From NCBI RefSeq assembly GCF_037042905.1, contig NC_087252.1:20896001-20960000 (forward strand): a DNA stretch of 64,000 nt, given 5' to 3'. The position numbers and the translations under genes were made by a program. Within the stretch, counting starts at the first letter, position 1. Every line of letters starts with the position of its first letter. The DNA comes from Lytechinus pictus (Eukaryota). This document shows, in pieces, positions 38,712-51,236 of the stretch. Under the pieces are notes generated by a model that was not told the DNA's origin, did no database searches, and worked only from the letters and a program-made list of their open reading frames with translations.

Positions 38712-39640
38712 GTGAGGTACTTTTCAATGCTTTTAAACATAGATTTCAAAAATTAGATTTTCGTTTTGGGATCCCTACTACTAGAAAAATGTGATCTGAA
38801 TTGATTATTTACTTGTGTTTGGCATGTATGGAAAGAGAAAATTCAGGGGCTTCTTTTGACAGTAAGGACAAGTTTATATGATCATTTTAAATAAGGATTT
38901 AGAGATAAATTGCAAACCCTTATTTTTGTGTGTGTTGAGATTGCCATTTCTCCATGCGTTTTCTATGGGAAAATGAAATTTCTGTTTTGCACAATTTTTT
39001 TCACTTTGTTGCAATTTTTCATTGTGATCTGGTTTCCAAATCTTTATAAAAATCATACCATCAGATAGAGCATAAAAAATCCTATTGGACTCTTTATGGA
39101 CAAGTTTTTGGCATTAATAATAAATTTGTAACAGCTCTCGGAAGCAAAAAATTTGGATTTGTGTGTGTCCATTTCTTAACTACACAGTCTATGGCAGAGA
39201 AATGCTGAAAATTGACCTAATTTCTTTCTTCTTTTTTGCAGCCAATAATTGGATTTTTTTCAAAAATGTTACATTTCTGTCAGTCTGAAGGTAATTTCTC
39301 TTCAAATTCACAAAGAAAATGTGATATTTTCTTGAAAGAAGAAAAAAATAATTTTTCTCCAGACACCCTAATATAAGTAATTCTTGTAAATGATCACACT
39401 CAACAGTAAAATTACACTTGTACAGGGAATAATTTTGCTTTACAAATTTGAATAGCATTTTTGGTCATAAGAGAAAAGCTCTCAACTAGTCTAAGTAATG
39501 TACAGACTACAGTCCTATGAAAAAATATGCTATACAAAAGACTTTATGCATAGTATTAGCAGTCTTTCAAAAATGTGGAGCAAATTGCGATGCGATACCA
39601 GGAAAATTATTCGCTGTCGTAAAAATGGTGAGTGAAGGGA

Positions 39641-39990
39641 GGCAGCGTAGCTCAGTCGGTTAGAGCGCATGTTCGGATCGTAGATCTCAGCGTGAGGGGT
39701 TTGAGTCCCGCTCATGCCGAAACTTGTCTAACAAAGAAATCTGATACCACAGCGCTGTGTGTTAGCATTCATTGCCGGTGTGAATGCAGTTGGAAAACAC
39801 TTTGTCCATCGGAAAGGACGCAAATGTTGGTCCCGTGTATAGGAGAGTCACAACCTATGCACGTTAAAACCAATACACTATTCGTCAAAGAGTAGGGTGT
39901 TCACTTGGCGTATTGCACCTGCCAGTCCCGGCAAATTCATGTCGAGTCACCCGATGCGTTTATGCCCAGGAGGGCCCTGCAACGTTTACA
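39641..39990 (+). mobile_element. tRNA-headed SINE with a Meta-like central domain
   Basis: A box TAGCTCAGTCGG, B box GGTTTGAGTCCC, then GGACGCAAATGTTGGTCCCGTGTA...GCACGTTAAAACC...AAAGAGTAGGG, which resembles the MetaSINE core. The 3' boundary is approximate. Confidence 0.7.
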
Positions 39991-40233
39991 TCCAGATCCA
40001 GGATCAAAGTCTGACAAAGATGAATATTTTTAATGATAAACATTCATCATGTACAGAGTACAGTCCCTCTTTATTTGGGAAATGTTAGACCGAAAGTATT
40101 TCAGAGCTGCGAGCAAAATTTGCCGATGTTTATGCTGCTTTTCTTGACTTTTGACATTGTAATGGAAAACATTTGCCGTTGTACAATGGCAGTGGGCCAA
40201 TAATTGGCCAACCAATGCCGTATAAGTTCCATT

Positions 40234-40472
40234 GGGTGATTTCAAGTCCGGTGTTGGCGTTGGTGTTGGTGTTAGTGTTGGAATTTTGATTGCTTCTCCT
40301 TGCTCCAAACCTATTCTGAGTTTGTAAAACTGATCCAGATCACATTATTGACATCTCAACGACCAGTGAGTGACTTTTTAGGACCATCTTCATTTTATGT
40401 TTGGTGTTATACTCATGTAAAAATTGACCTAACACCAACACCAAAAGGTCAACACTGAACTTGAAATCACCC
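40234..40472. mobile_element. MITE with 3-bp ATT TSD; partial copy at ~8645-8825
   Basis: TIR GGGTGATTTCAAGT / ACTTGAAATCACCC flanked by ATT; 40311-40474 is nearly identical to 8658-8828. Confidence 0.8.
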
Positions 40473-41563
40473 ATTGTCTGGCTGGCGATCGCCCCGAAGT
40501 TTGCAAAAAGTTTAAGTTCAGGGTCGATTGTCACCTTATCATGTTGGAGCTGCATGTAGATCCTTTTCTTATTTTAAATTGTTTTTTTACATATAGTTCC
40601 TCTTCCTTACTCTGTGGAATCATGAAAACTGAATTCAAACTACCACACTCATTTACGATCACTGACACAGATAAGCACATGTTGGACCGTGTATTACTGT
40701 GCTTTGAAAAAGACCCAACATCTTGTAGGAATGCCATGATTGTTTTGTCCATTTCTGAGCAATTACTCATTTTCTACAGGAATCATTTGGCTGTTATTTC
40801 TTATTCATACATACACAAACGCTTAAATATAGTCAGTCTATTTGATTCTGTTTGAACCAATTTTTTTATTGTTACCACAACTGTTATTGATGTTTAATTT
40901 TTGTTTCCTTTTTTACATACATGTACATGTATTTTCATTTTATGCATACTAAAACTTGGTAGTCAGTTTATCTGATTCTGTCTCAACTCTGTTCTAGATT
41001 GTTACCACAACTGGTATTCATGCTTAACCCTTTGCGCGCTGATGTTGCAATCTTGCATATTTGTACAATTAAATTCAACAGTCATAATAATTAGTTTTCT
41101 CCCCTACCTTCAAATTAGAGAAGCTAATTGGATGAATATACATATTTATTTTGCAGTTATTTTTTATCTATTGAATTATATGTTTGTATATAATATGTAT
41201 ATGTATGTAAGAGACATCCCTCGCTGCCTTACCTGGAGTCGGAAGGAATAACTTGCGGGTTACAGGAATTTACCATTTCTTTTTTTCTTCCAGGCAACTC
41301 CAGGAATGCAGCGGGGCGTCCTTTTTAAAATTCTGTCATATTTTGTAATGTCATCATTCTATGGTTCTGTTTGTTGTTTGAAATGCCATATAAATAATAA
41401 TAATGATAAAAGATAATAGTTCTCTGATAACATCTTTACAATAATCATGAGTATCAATTTTGCAATGTAGAAATCTTGAATTAAAGAAAATAACATTCAG
41501 AAAAACATTCAAAAAAATTTATTCACCATGCAAAGAGTTATTTATTTTCTTTTTCTCATGTAG

Positions 41564-41767
41564 CATAAACACTACGTACACCTGACAGGGGAGAGGGAGC
41601 CAGAAGTCCTGTTCGTTGGAGATTCACTCATCCAGCACCTTGGTCAATCGGAGGTTTGGAAGATGTTCGAGCGCTACCATTGCCTCAACTTTGGGGTCGG
41701 CGGTGACCAGACGCAACACGTTCTATGGCGGCTGGAGAATGGAGAACTAAAGAATATACAACCAAAG
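41564..41767 (+). CDS. PAFAH1B2/PAFAH1B3-like: PAFAH1B alpha subunit, exon 2 (HKHYVHLTGEREPEVLFVGDSLIQHLGQSEVWKMFERYHCLNFGVGGDQTQHVLWRLENGELKNIQPK)
   Basis: TAG acceptor, AAG|GT donor, 204 nt phase 0/0; catalytic GDS motif and LNFGxGGD.T.HVLWRL.NGEL block. Confidence 0.97.
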
Positions 41768-42711
41768 GTATTGGAAAATAGCCACTTGTTCTATACCGTG
41801 GTCGTATGCAGACAATTTTCCCAGGGGGGGAGACGCTAAGAGAAATTAAAAGACACTCAAAAGAGAGGGTGTGAAGCAACCAAGCTTGTATTAGGGGCAC
41901 TTTAACATAAAAAAGTGAAATTGAAGGATTTTGTGCACATTTTTGTTCCCCCCCCCCTCCCCATTGTGCATGGTCAAGGTCTGCACCAACTTCACCTACT
42001 TTCCCTTTGGTCTCATCCCACATAGTTTGTCTACAACCTGTTCATCTTTTACCTTTTGGTTTTGTTAATCTCTATTTACCATTTTGTCTAATTTCCAGTC
42101 AGGCTATACCCATTTTCTCTAATGTCCACTTGGTCTTTCAGCATTAGACTAAATGAGAATTAGACTATTAAGTGAGTATTAGACCAGGTGTAGCATGGAC
42201 CACTGGAAACTAGACCAAATCGATGGACCAAATGGGGTTGGCCCATGTGGTATTAGACTTTCTCAGAAGTTGAACAACTTGTTGTAGACAAAGCTAATAT
42301 AAACTGAAGAAAGTATTTTAAAAGACTTACAGAAGAGCCATAAAGAGGAACAGAATTTACCTGTTTACCTCACCAACAGAAATATGATTGGCATTCTGTG
42401 TGAGAAAAAGAAGTTGCTGAGAATAGAGAGAGTTCCCCCCCCAAAAAAAAAAAAAAAAAAAAAAATCCAAAATATCCCTAGGGCTAGACATTAATTTTCA
42501 TTATCTCCCTTCATGTATGTCAGTCTATGACCCAGTTCTCACTTACTTTCTCGAACCAGTTTAGTGGAAACCAGTTTAACGTGTAGTGGGAACACTGAAA
42601 GCATTCTTGGAAACGATATCAAGTAGATTTTCAAACCAGCTTGGAAACCCACCTTGCGATGTGGTTTCAAGATCGCTTTGCCTCTCGTTAAAACAGATGA
42701 GGACACCACTG

Positions 42712-42856
42712 GGGCCTGTTTCATAAAAGGATTTGCATCTGTTGTAACTTTGCAATAATGGCAACTTACCATGGTAACCTTGATTATGATTGGCTGATGA
42801 GCCCTGTTACCATGGTAGTTGCCATGGCAGTTGCAAGTCTTTATGAAACGGGGCCC
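42712..42856. mobile_element. Short MITE with CTG TSD, inserted in an older GAAACCAGTT-rich repeat (~42545-43150)
   Basis: GGGCCTGTTTCATAAA / TTTATGAAACGGGGCCC with CTG on both sides. Confidence 0.8.
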
Positions 42857-43208
42857 CTGGTCTTCTGGAAGCAAACTTCACTCAGAAAGACAATAATGTG
42901 TATATTTAGGGCAGTGGGCACACTTCTCCATACATTGCAGACAATGTGTATTATATACAGAACATTGATGATTATGGTTTACAGATTTTCCATGAAACAT
43001 GTGACCACACTGAAAGCATTCCCTTAGCAAATATATCACTTTAACCTCGAAGTGTTTCTGGAAACCAGTTCAGGAGATGTTGATGAGAACTCTAGTGTAA
43101 AAGCGATCCTCTAAACTGGTTTTACAAAGCTGTTTAAGGGAAACCAGTTCAACAAAGTACATGAAAATGGGGTCTATACTCTTTCTCCCCTCCCTTTTTC
43201 TCTTCCAG

Positions 43209-43331
43209 GCTATAGTACTTCTGGTAGGAACCAATAACCACAGCCACACGGCAGAAGAGGTCACAAAAGGAATCGAGGCAATTGTAAAACTCATTGTAGA
43301 GAAACAACCACAGGCCCACATCATTGTAATG
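43209..43331 (+). CDS. PAFAH1B2/PAFAH1B3-like: PAFAH1B alpha subunit, exon 3 (AIVLLVGTNNHSHTAEEVTKGIEAIVKLIVEKQPQAHIIVM)
   Basis: CAG acceptor, GTAAGT donor, 123 nt phase 0/0; GTNN (SGNH block III). Confidence 0.97.
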
Positions 43332-43604
43332 GTAAGTTAAGCTTGTTATCATAAAAAGCAATCAATAATTGCAATGCGAAATGATTTCATTTCAGTTGCA
43401 GAACAGCACCAGATCTGTAGCGTATGGACAGTGAGTTTCCATTACCTGGTAAAATGAAACATAAAATTTGTTTTGGTTCTTTACTTTTCATCGTAAAATT
43501 GATAGATTTTTTCTGTGCAAAAAGGAGGACACACTTTTTGCTTCATGCATTTTCTATGACAAAACAGAATTTACATTTTGATCAAGTTTGAAAAGAGTTA
43601 AGTG

Positions 43605-44054
43605 TGACCCCTGTTACACCAGATTTCCTAAGTAGTCTCGGGGCACCCCAAGACCAGTCTCGGACAGGTTTCTAATCTGGTGTAAATGCACAAACCTACC
43701 CGAGACCCCTTCTGAGTAAACCTATCTCAGACCACCTCGCGATAATATGTACCGAGACTTCTTCGTATTTAGTGTAAACGCAAACCTGCCCGAGACTGGT
43801 CCGAGACAGGTTCGCGCTTGATGCGCTACACGTGGAATGATTATCCGAACAACAAACGACAGCACGCGCTTGGCGCCCTGCCAAACCTATCTCGGACAGC
43901 TTTGGTTAGTCAGTGTAAATGCACAGAAAGCTGTCTTGGGGCTCCCCGAGACTCGTTAAGATTCCAGTGTAAAAGAGGGTCAAAAACTTTTTGGAAACCA
44001 GTCTCGGGGTGCCCTGAGACTAGTCTCGGGTAGGTAATCCGGTGAAACGGGTCT
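43605..44054. mobile_element. MITE with internal CCGAGAC/GTCTCGG repeats
   Basis: Termini GACCCCTGTTACACCAGATT / AATCCGGTGAAACGGGTC; quasi-palindromic body. Confidence 0.7.
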
Positions 44055-44594
44055 TAAAATCATGCTTAAACACCAATGTGCGCACATGTTATTAATCTAA
44101 TTGATGGAAACGAGTAAGTTCATGCCACACATGATCTGACAATGCAGTGATGCGTTATACTGTATACCGCACAAAATTAGGAATTTAAGTACGATTCTAA
44201 GTGACGCTTAAAACTTGGTAAAATGCCCCCAGTTTTTCTAAGGCAGATCTTTTGTGATTTAGAAGAGACAAATAGCACATGCTTTGCATATAAATCTTGT
44301 CTGAAAATTTGCTTTGACTTGAAGCAACCGCACACCTTTAATAGGTCTGCGACCCGATTTTGGAACAAAGTGTTATTACATTTGTTTTAAATATTGAGAC
44401 ATAAACATCTTACTGTGTAAAGTAGTAAATCCCTGTATGAATTTGGATAATTGCAAGGCTTTCTTTTGGAGTAAAGGCCAAACTGATTGCAAATTGTATC
44501 TGCTATGACGTAGTTATGATTAGTTCACTTTCAGTCCAATATTGTTAAAATGAAAGTGAACTAATCATAATTACGTCATAGCAATTGTACGATC

Positions 44595-45625
44595 TAGTGC
44601 TGTTGTCGGGAACAAAAATCCATGTCGACATGTCGCTTAAAAATTAATCCCGACATCGACAATGTCGACATGAAAAAGGGACCGTAATTCAGCCTATGGC
44701 ATGCTCCCTAACGTAAAAAAAAAATCATTTGATTGCGGCACATAACACTCAAATGTGTTCACCTTGACACGAGTGATATCCTCACACTAGATCTATATAA
44801 TACAGGCTCAGTTCGGGATAACATATTTTCACTAAGCTAGAGTGAATTCACTTCCAAAATCACAGATTTAATCCACATTTTCTCTGGAGAATCAAGTTTT
44901 TGTACCACGATCCGGTCTCGAAAGCATTGCGCAATAACACTTGGAGCCAATTTGAGAATCACCAATTACAACAGTGATCATTGCGTATTATACGCTGGTA
45001 CACATGTGCTGCAAACGCAAGCTCCTCAAATTGACAATAAAAAATAATGAAAATCGATCGATGATTTCAGTATCACTTCCGCGGCGATCCGTGCAACGAT
45101 CTCCAAATGAAGGAATGGAAGTTTTCTGTGACTTCGTGAAATGAAGTAAGCGCTCAATTACGGCGGTCACAACTTTGACAATAATACGTGTTCGCTGCTG
45201 CTCACGTTTATGTGAAAAGTAATGCATTGAGGAGCAGCGTATTATCAAAGACGGTGAATAGCGATGGGTACACATTTCCGTGGATGGGTACGTGCATGCA
45301 TACAGCTAGATCTAGAGCGATCGATCGTCGGGATCAGGGGCGGCTAGGGCAAGCTGGCCCCGCACTGACGTATTTCTGCTGCCGCGCAGCTCGGCGAGCT
45401 CGCACTTATTTTAATGCGCTGCTAAGCTGAATAAACCTTTTAATCGCGCCAATTAATGTTGAACTTTTCAGGTAAGCTTTACACTCGTGAAGTTTAGGAT
45501 AGACCCCTTTTTATTTTATGTTTACATGTCGATGTGGGTGCGTGCATGTCGACATGTCGGAATCATTGAAAATCCTTCAAATGTCGACATCAATGTCGAT
45601 ATGAGGCCTATCGACAACAGCACTA
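44595..45625. mobile_element. Non-autonomous hAT element nested in an older foldback element (~44200-45850)
   Basis: Perfect 8-bp TSD GTACGATC (44587-44594, 45626-45633); TIR TAGTGCTGTTGTCG / CGACAACAGCACTA; sub-terminal ATGTCGAC repeats. Host arms ttggagtaaaggccaaact / agtttggccttttactccaa. Confidence 0.92.
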
Positions 45626-46021
45626 GTACGATCGGATATGATCTGCAATAAGTTTGGCCTTTACTCCAAAATTAAGGCTTGAATTATCCAAAATTTCAAT
45701 ATAAGTATTTTTCATATCAATCAACATAGAAAAGTAAAATGTGATTTGTTCTAAAATACGATCGTAGGAGTCGTAAGATACGTGATTTTTCAACTTATAT
45801 TATGCAGACTCATCTGCAAAAATTTACGATTAGCAACTTTTGCAATATGATTTGGGGAGCGTTTCATGAAACACATATAGTACATATGTTTTTACTGAAA
45901 ATTTTTCTTTGAACCAATCATATGTAAGAATTTCAGTAGCTTGTAACAAATAGTCATTAGAATCACTTATTATTTGTATCATGAAATGGTCCCATGTTTT
46001 ACCTCACACTTTGATACACAG

Positions 46022-46270
46022 GCAATCCCTCCCAGAGGTCATAGGCACAACAAACTTCGCGATAAGAACTCCGCCGTCAACGCTGCCCTTGCGACATCTC
46101 TACCGAAACTGGGCAAGGCGGAGCTTCTAGAGTCGGCGAAAAGCCTCCTGTCGTCCGAAGGCCTCATTTTCACTTCTGATATGTTTGACTTTCTACACTT
46201 CACCAAACAGGGTTACAAGAAACTGTGCGAACCACTCCAGGACAGACTAGAAGAGATCCTTTCTGAGTGA
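46022..46270 (+). CDS. PAFAH1B2/PAFAH1B3-like: PAFAH1B alpha subunit, exon 4 (AIPPRGHRHNKLRDKNSAVN...SDMFDFLHFTKQGYKKLCEPLQDRLEEILSE*)
   Basis: CAG acceptor, phase 0; PRG..N.LR.KN motif and catalytic DFLH; stop TGA 46268-46270. Spliced protein is 215 aa. Confidence 0.97.
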   Translation, partial: AIPPRGHRHNKLRDKNSAVNAALATSLPKLGKAELLESAKSLLSSEGLIFTSDMFDFLHFTKQGYKKLCEPLQDRLEEILSE

Positions 46271-46299
46271 ACAGTGGTGTGTTGAATTCTTGAGTATAA

Positions 46300-46681
46300 A
46301 TCCCAGCGCACACTATGCGATGCGATCGCACGAAGATCCGATTGCAGCAATTTGCCAATCGCATCTCGTGCAATCTCATCGAAGGCCATTGTGCACCTTG
46401 CGACAGCGCTGCAATGCGCCGCATCTCCATTGCACCTCCGTTTTTACCCCCATGGCGTCTGCGCTGCAGCAACTCAGCAAATTGGTTGTGACGCCACCAT
46501 CAAGGACAAATAAAAATCGCAGGAAGATTTGACATGTCAAATGTCTCAGATTTGGTCCGCGATTCTTCTACAACATATCGGATCGCCGTTACGCGCATTG
46601 TAAATGTAGTTGGCGCACACTGCAATTTTGTTACAATTGGATCTTTATAGTGCAATGGCATCTCATAATGTGCGCTGGGCT
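46300..46681. mobile_element. Harbinger-like MITE with TAA TSD in the proximal 3' UTR
   Basis: TAA|ATCCCAGCGCACACTATGCGATG ... CATCTCATAATGTGCGCTGGGCT|TAA. Confidence 0.85.
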
Positions 46682-47143
46682 TAAAAATTCCTGTCAACAA
46701 TGTCACCTTGCCATAAAGTGATAAGGTAGTCCAATGTTTTCTCGTCGTCATATCTGTGAATCAAGTGTATCCTGAAATTCCTATATAGTTTAATATAACT
46801 TATAAGAAAGACCTTGATGTGTGCTTCATCGTGTGATTTACATTTAAAGGCAAAGCACAAACAACTCATGATCATGTTCAAACAAAAACATTAATTAAAC
46901 CTTTAAAGTGCTATGTATTGGATGAGTTAGAAAGACCTGGCCATGTCCATCTACATGTAATATGGCCTAATTATGTCTACTTGGCAAGATACGTTATCGT
47001 GCAAAGTTAACTTTATTATTTTTTTTATTTACATGTCAACATGGTAAAATATAAGTTTAATTACAAAAGTTATATGTTAATATGGCAAGTTATGCTATGT
47101 ATTGCATATCTGGCCATGACGACATATTACTTTTGTACTTTAT

Positions 47144-47418
47144 AGAGCATTGTCTAGTGGTTCTGACTTCTGCCTTTGAAACCGAGGGTCATGGGTTCGA
47201 ATCCCAGCCATGGGGTAATTTGCCTCCACAAGATATTGATCCACAGTGTGTTGCACTCATCCCAGGTGAGGTAAATGGGTACCTGGCAGGAAGTATTAAA
47301 TTCCTCTAAATGCTGTGAGCACCGGAATCGGTAGACTAGCTTAGGCCGGGACATATAGGAGCACCTTGAGCATTTAAGGTGGATGTGTGCACAATATAAG
47401 AAACTTATATTATTATCA
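47144..47418 (+). mobile_element. tRNA-derived SINE (CORE-like)
   Basis: A box (tgtctagtgg), B box GGTTCGAATCCC, GCACTCATCCCAGGTGAGGTAAATGGGTACC body, (TTA)n tail. Confidence 0.82.
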
Positions 47419-47965
47419 TAAGTCAACTGGCATGATAACATATCTTGCCAAATGCCAAGTCCACATGCTCACCGTTTATAAGTCGACTTGGCAATATGGC
47501 CTATCTCGCCGCGTCAACATTATTAGGGTATTATCAAATTCAACATGGCAAGATAAAACAAAATAAAATTATCTTGCCATCTTATCAACCAGATGGCACT
47601 AGAAAAGCTTCTGTAGAAACATTCCTTGTAAAAGATGTTTGAAATATTGTCATGGAATTTCACACTGCTACCCATCCCATTAATTGCAATGTACAATGTA
47701 TGTATACATTATTCTATACAACTCGATATAAGAGGCTGTAAATAATTTTTGAATGCAATGTACATGTATGTATATGAATACTTCAAAATGATGTAAGCAC
47801 TTCTGGGTTTTTGTCTGCTCTTTGTTAATGATAACATGTAGAAGTGAGTCTTCGCAATATTGCATAATGGCTGTTCAGTAAATTGCTCAGCAAATTGTTT
47901 ATGTTCTCTATGAACCTACGCGATTGAATAGTTTTTACTAAGCCTAGTACATGTACATGTTCATG

Positions 47966-48990
47966 TAGGTGTTTCATAAAGCTGTTCATAAGGTTACAAG
48001 CGAATTTACAAACGACCGGTGACCCGTTCTTTGTAACCAAATCAACACCTATTAAAATCTGGTTGATATCATTTACCACAAGAAAGAGTCACCAGTCATT
48101 TGATTGGCTGAGAAGCACTGTTACTATGGCAACTGTCAGATAAAAAGGACTTAACAGATAAATTGTCGGACAAGTATTTCGTAGATACGCTCCCCTGGGG
48201 AGAATTTCATGAAATGACCTGTCGTGCGTTTTATCCAACAAGTTCCATTTTATCCGACAGTTGCCAGTTGTGATTGGCTGCCAAGTCCTGGGGAGCGTTT
48301 CCTCAACATTTTTGTCCGACAAGTTGTTAGATCTGACATCTTTCCTTGATGTTTATTGGCTGAGAGGCACTGTTACCATAAAAACTGTGGGATAAAACAG
48401 GACTTGTCAGAAAAAACGTCCGACAAGTCCTTTCGTGAAATGCTCCCAAGTTACCATGGTATTTGCTATAATGGCGGTCACAATAGTTGTAACTCTTTAT
48501 GAAACTGGCCCCAGCTCGGTGTTTAATAAAGCTGTAAGTAAAGTGATGCACGTCTTTACGCACAACTGGAACATGTTCTTTGATGCTATGTCAGCAACAT
48601 AGGGATATATCATTTAGCGCAAGAAGGGATCAGCAGCCATGCGTAAAGTCATTCGCAACTAAGACCAGCTTTATGAAACACCTACCTGGGGGTGTTTCAT
48701 CAACATCAGGGGGGCGTTTCATGAAAGGACTTGTCGGACGTTTTATCCGACAAGTCCCATTTTATCCGACAGTTACCATAGGAACAGTGCCTCTCAGCCA
48801 ATCAAAATCATGGAAAGATGTCATATCTGACAACTTGTCGGATGAAAATATTGATGAAACGATCCCCTGATCTGACAACATTCATTGGTTCTGATTGGCT
48901 GAGAAGCACTGTTACTATGGTAACTGTCTGATAAAACAGAACTTGTTGGATAAAGCGTCCGACAAGTCCTTTCATGAAACGCTCCCTTGG
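47966..48990. mobile_element. Cluster of nested or abutting short MITEs with GGG.(C/T)GTTTCAT termini
   Basis: Repeated termini ggggagcgtttc / gaaacgctccc, ggtgtttcataaagctg / cagctttatgaaacacc, and bodies with tccgacaag and gattggctgaga. Confidence 0.8.
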
Positions 48991-49950
48991 TCTACAAAAT
49001 CACTTCGACTTCAGGCGATTAATTATTCAACTTATTGAAGGTAGATTTATGCAGACTTGACTGTATACTGTAAAGTAATCACAATTACTTCTGTTTTTTT
49101 ATTTACGAAAACCATCCTTGTTCCAGTGCCAACATTCATTCCTGAAACGTAATGCAGTGATTGACTGCAAATTAATACAAGGTATTTTTTGTGATGTACA
49201 TGTATTTTATTTCCTCTTCAAGTAATTTTAAGTACTAATTGTTTTTCATTATCTTGACATAGGCATCAATTGTAAGTAAGTGTAGAATATATTTTTAATT
49301 GATTATTTATATTTGTTTGTGGTATGGCATTTTATATTATTTCCATTATTTTTGGTGTTTACATGTATGAAACCTCCCTATCAGTAAATATATTTATAGG
49401 TTTACTTGCTATATCTTAAGTGCACTTCATTTGATTGTTATTGTTTCAGACAGCAAATGTTTGATAATATGTTTGTTTTCAAAATTATGAATATTTAGTT
49501 ATTTCATTTGATCAATAGGCTGCAAGCTAACTTGCCAAAATTATTTATGTTTTTATTATTTTATTGCCTTTCATGATGTTAATAGATACAATGTTTTCAT
49601 CAATTTCATGTAATACAATGTTTTATGTCATAACGTGCACAGATACAATAATTGCACTCGTGTATTATGAATAATAGTGGTTTGGTAGAGGATAGTTTTA
49701 AATCAATAATACAATTATTGACCCATATCGGCGTGTTTCTACAGAGAATCGTTAGTGGTATTACCGTGTAAGTATCCAGAATTCTGGAAAACTTCCCCGT
49801 CGAAACAGACGCGATGCGGTTTATTGATTAACCGCATCGCGCAAAATACGGTTTTTCATAACTACCTCTGGGAGGTGGTTATTGCCGTGTTCCACAAGGT
49901 GGATTGTGAGTTAATCGGATTATTTGCTCTGTAGACACAGGTTGGTTTAA

Positions 49951-50718
49951 CCCTAACTAGGCCGGGCTTTTTTGGCTGTTCTGTGGCTGGGGGGGGGGGT
50001 TGATTCAACCCCCCCCCCTGAGATCTTAGCCGCCGATTGCGCGAGCGCCGCAAAAATTTGCACGCTGGTAGTGTGCGATGTAATCTACAAGGCTGCATGG
50101 TAAAATTTTCCAAAATAATGAGATTTTATTTTATATGAATTAATTATGCTAATTTATGCATAAATCATACTTTTTGCTCTAATTCACTAAATAAAGCTCC
50201 TAGAATGCTAATTTTTGGTAAAAATATTCTTTGTAGCATTCTTAACAATGGCAATTGAAAAAAACTTCGGTTTGGAAATCAATTTCTTATGTATTTTATT
50301 GTTTTATGAATTTCTTATGTATTTCTTTGTTTTTCAACCTTTTGATTTTCGTTGTTTTTTTCACCAGATATATTGCACAACCTTTTTGAAGCACAATTAT
50401 GCTAAAATCAATTGCTTTCAGCTGTTTAAAGTAAAAATAATCATATCTTTATGAATAAGGTGAGAAAACTCAATTTTCATTGACTTTGTACACAAAATCA
50501 CGTTTTGGAACAATTTTTGGTCTGACATGCACTTACAAAATGTTGCGTAATTTCGAAACCACGCACCCGGGCGTCGTAAATTTGGTCTCAAAAGATGCGC
50601 GAGACTTAAAAGTATAAACTCTGCGAGTGGCGCGGTCAAAAAATTTCGCGCGGCGAAATGATTGCAGAAAATGTGGAGGGGGGGTTGATTCAACCCCCCC
50701 CCCCCGGCCATTTTAGGG
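49951..50718. mobile_element. piggyBac-type MITE nested in an older element (~49725-50795)
   Basis: TTAA|CCCTAACTAGGCCGGG ... CCCGGCCATTTTAGGG|TTAA; internal palindromes GGGGGTTGATTCAACCCCC; host arms cgtgtttctacagagaatcgt / acgattctccaaagaaacacg. Confidence 0.88.
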
Positions 50719-51039
50719 TTAAGGGCCATACAGTTTTTCGATTCCGGAAAAGATAAACCGTTTTTTGACGATTCTCCAAAGAAACACGTTGTATGACTGA
50801 CAGCTTCTGTTCTCAATGAATGCTACTTGTAGGCTTCTATTCTAATCAAATGAGCAAGGTAGCTGGTGTTTAAGAAAAGCATTTTGTAGAACAAAGTAAG
50901 GTCATATTATAACATTCATCATACTTTATAGGGCTTGTTTTTCCTCAAGATTTGCAAATTATGCAACTTTGCTGTTATGGATTGGTAACTCATTGAAATA
51001 TTGATTTTAACTTGCTGCAGGGCACTGGTAGCATTCCCA

Positions 51040-51236
51040 GTTCTTCTACTTCTCCTCCTTCTTCACCTCCTCCTTTCTCCTCCTCTTACTTTCTCCTCGC
51101 CTCCCCCTTCTCATCCTCCTCCTTTCTCCTCTTTTCTCCTCGCCTCCCCCTTCTCATCCTCCTCCTCCTCCTTTCTCCTCCTCTTCCTTCCTCCTCCACC
51201 TTCTTCATTATCATCACCATTATTACTATATTATTA
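51040..51236. repeat. (CCT/CTT)n low-complexity tract
   Basis: Directly visible. Confidence 0.9.

Noticed and set aside
39641..39718. tRNA gene
   Set aside because: A and B boxes are present, but there is no good anticodon arm or acceptor stem, and it continues into a SINE body.
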